From: Yersinia phage MHG19
Sequence record: OQ331036.1
Direction: 5' to 3' (one strand)
DNA: 24,000 bases
Shown: positions 23,511-24,000 of the stretch, in pieces
Numbering within the stretch: the first letter of the stretch is position 1
How the letters are laid out: the number at the start of each line of letters is the position of its first letter
The notes under the pieces: model-generated
The model's input: the letters and a program-made list of their open reading frames with translations, nothing else
What the model was told of the DNA's origin: nothing
The model's database searches: none
Made by a program: the position numbers and the translations under genes

Positions 23511-24000
23511 TTAATACTCGCCAAAATCAATGATTGACCCTTTAACGATGACTTGATCTAAACGTGTTAAATGTTCTGGACGAGTAGCAGTTGTTGTGCT
23601 TGAAACTTGTGGAGCAGTCAAAGGACCTGTCATTTCATCGCCTGCTAATTTAACCTGCTTGTCGTTAGTTACGTTACCTAAACCTACTTGGTTTGGCTTT
23701 GGTTGGTTACCTGGGCTAAAGACACGTCCTGAGTCATCGTGGACAGTCGAGCCAGTTACTTTACCTACAGCTGTTATGTTACCTTTACTTAAATCAATGG
23801 TGAACTTGGTGCCATTCGAGGGGTCAACGAACACAAGGTTAGTTGTACCACGAACGAACATAGCTCGATCGCCTTCGCCTGGTACGATATCTAATGCGTC
23901 ACCGTTTATATCTTTTAAGCTAACACCTGTATTGAATGTTACTCGGTTTAGATATACACCACCATCTGCTTTAGAAACGAAGTCGTTATCTACTGCTTGT
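23511..24000 (-). CDS. 36: small distal long tail fibre subunit gp36, partial (open to right edge)
   Basis: Frame stays open from 23861 to the window end (..QAVDNDFVSKADGGVYLNRVTFNTGVSLKDINGDALDIVPGEGDRAMFVRG) and matches T4 gp36 QAADNDFVSKANGGTYASKVTFNAG; C-terminus RLDQVIVKGSIIDFGEY matches RFDQIVIKDSVQDFGYY. Confidence 0.93.
   Translation of the reverse strand, partial: QAVDNDFVSKADGGVYLNRVTFNTGVSLKDINGDALDIVPGEGDRAMFVRGTTNLVFVDPSNGTKFTIDLSKGNITAVGKVTGSTVHDDSGRVFSPGNQPKPNQVGLGNVTNDKQVKLAGDEMTGPLTAPQVSSTTTATRPEHLTRLDQVIVKGSIIDFGEY

Noticed and set aside
1-24000. Search for tRNA genes, CRISPR arrays, retron/DGR elements, homing endonucleases and transposons
   Set aside because: No cloverleaf-like GGTTCGAATC signatures, spaced direct repeats, RT motifs, GIY-YIG/HNH ORFs or transposase motifs were seen by reading; the only recurring elements are promoter modules.

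Overview
The window is part of a T4-like (Tevenvirinae-type) myophage genome. It covers the early/middle block on the + strand and the convergent late distal tail-fibre/holin block on the - strand. Gene order matches T4: dda (partial) - dexA - accessory early genes (possible motB) - zinc ribbon protein - fused 39/60 topoisomerase large subunit - rIIA - rIIB - putative nuclease in the denB slot - ndd - small membrane proteins - 52 - SprT-like protease - motA - accessory genes - asiA, then convergent t (holin), gp38-type adhesin, 37 and 36 (partial). Homologies were assigned by recalling T4 protein sequences; no search was run. The strongest items for follow-up are: (i) a six-copy ~25-nt early promoter module, three copies of which fall within ~530 bp upstream of motA; (ii) perfect or near-perfect inverted repeats centred on promoter -10 boxes, including a 14-bp perfect one; (iii) a short gp38-type adhesin with a T2-like N-terminus but an unusual distal domain, next to a gp37 ending in an S74-type chaperone; (iv) a cluster of divergent paralogous single-module proteins in the dexA-39 interval; (v) a SprT-like HEIAH protease between 52 and motA; (vi) very small membrane proteins absent from the supplied ORF track. 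I found no tRNA, CRISPR array or transposon.
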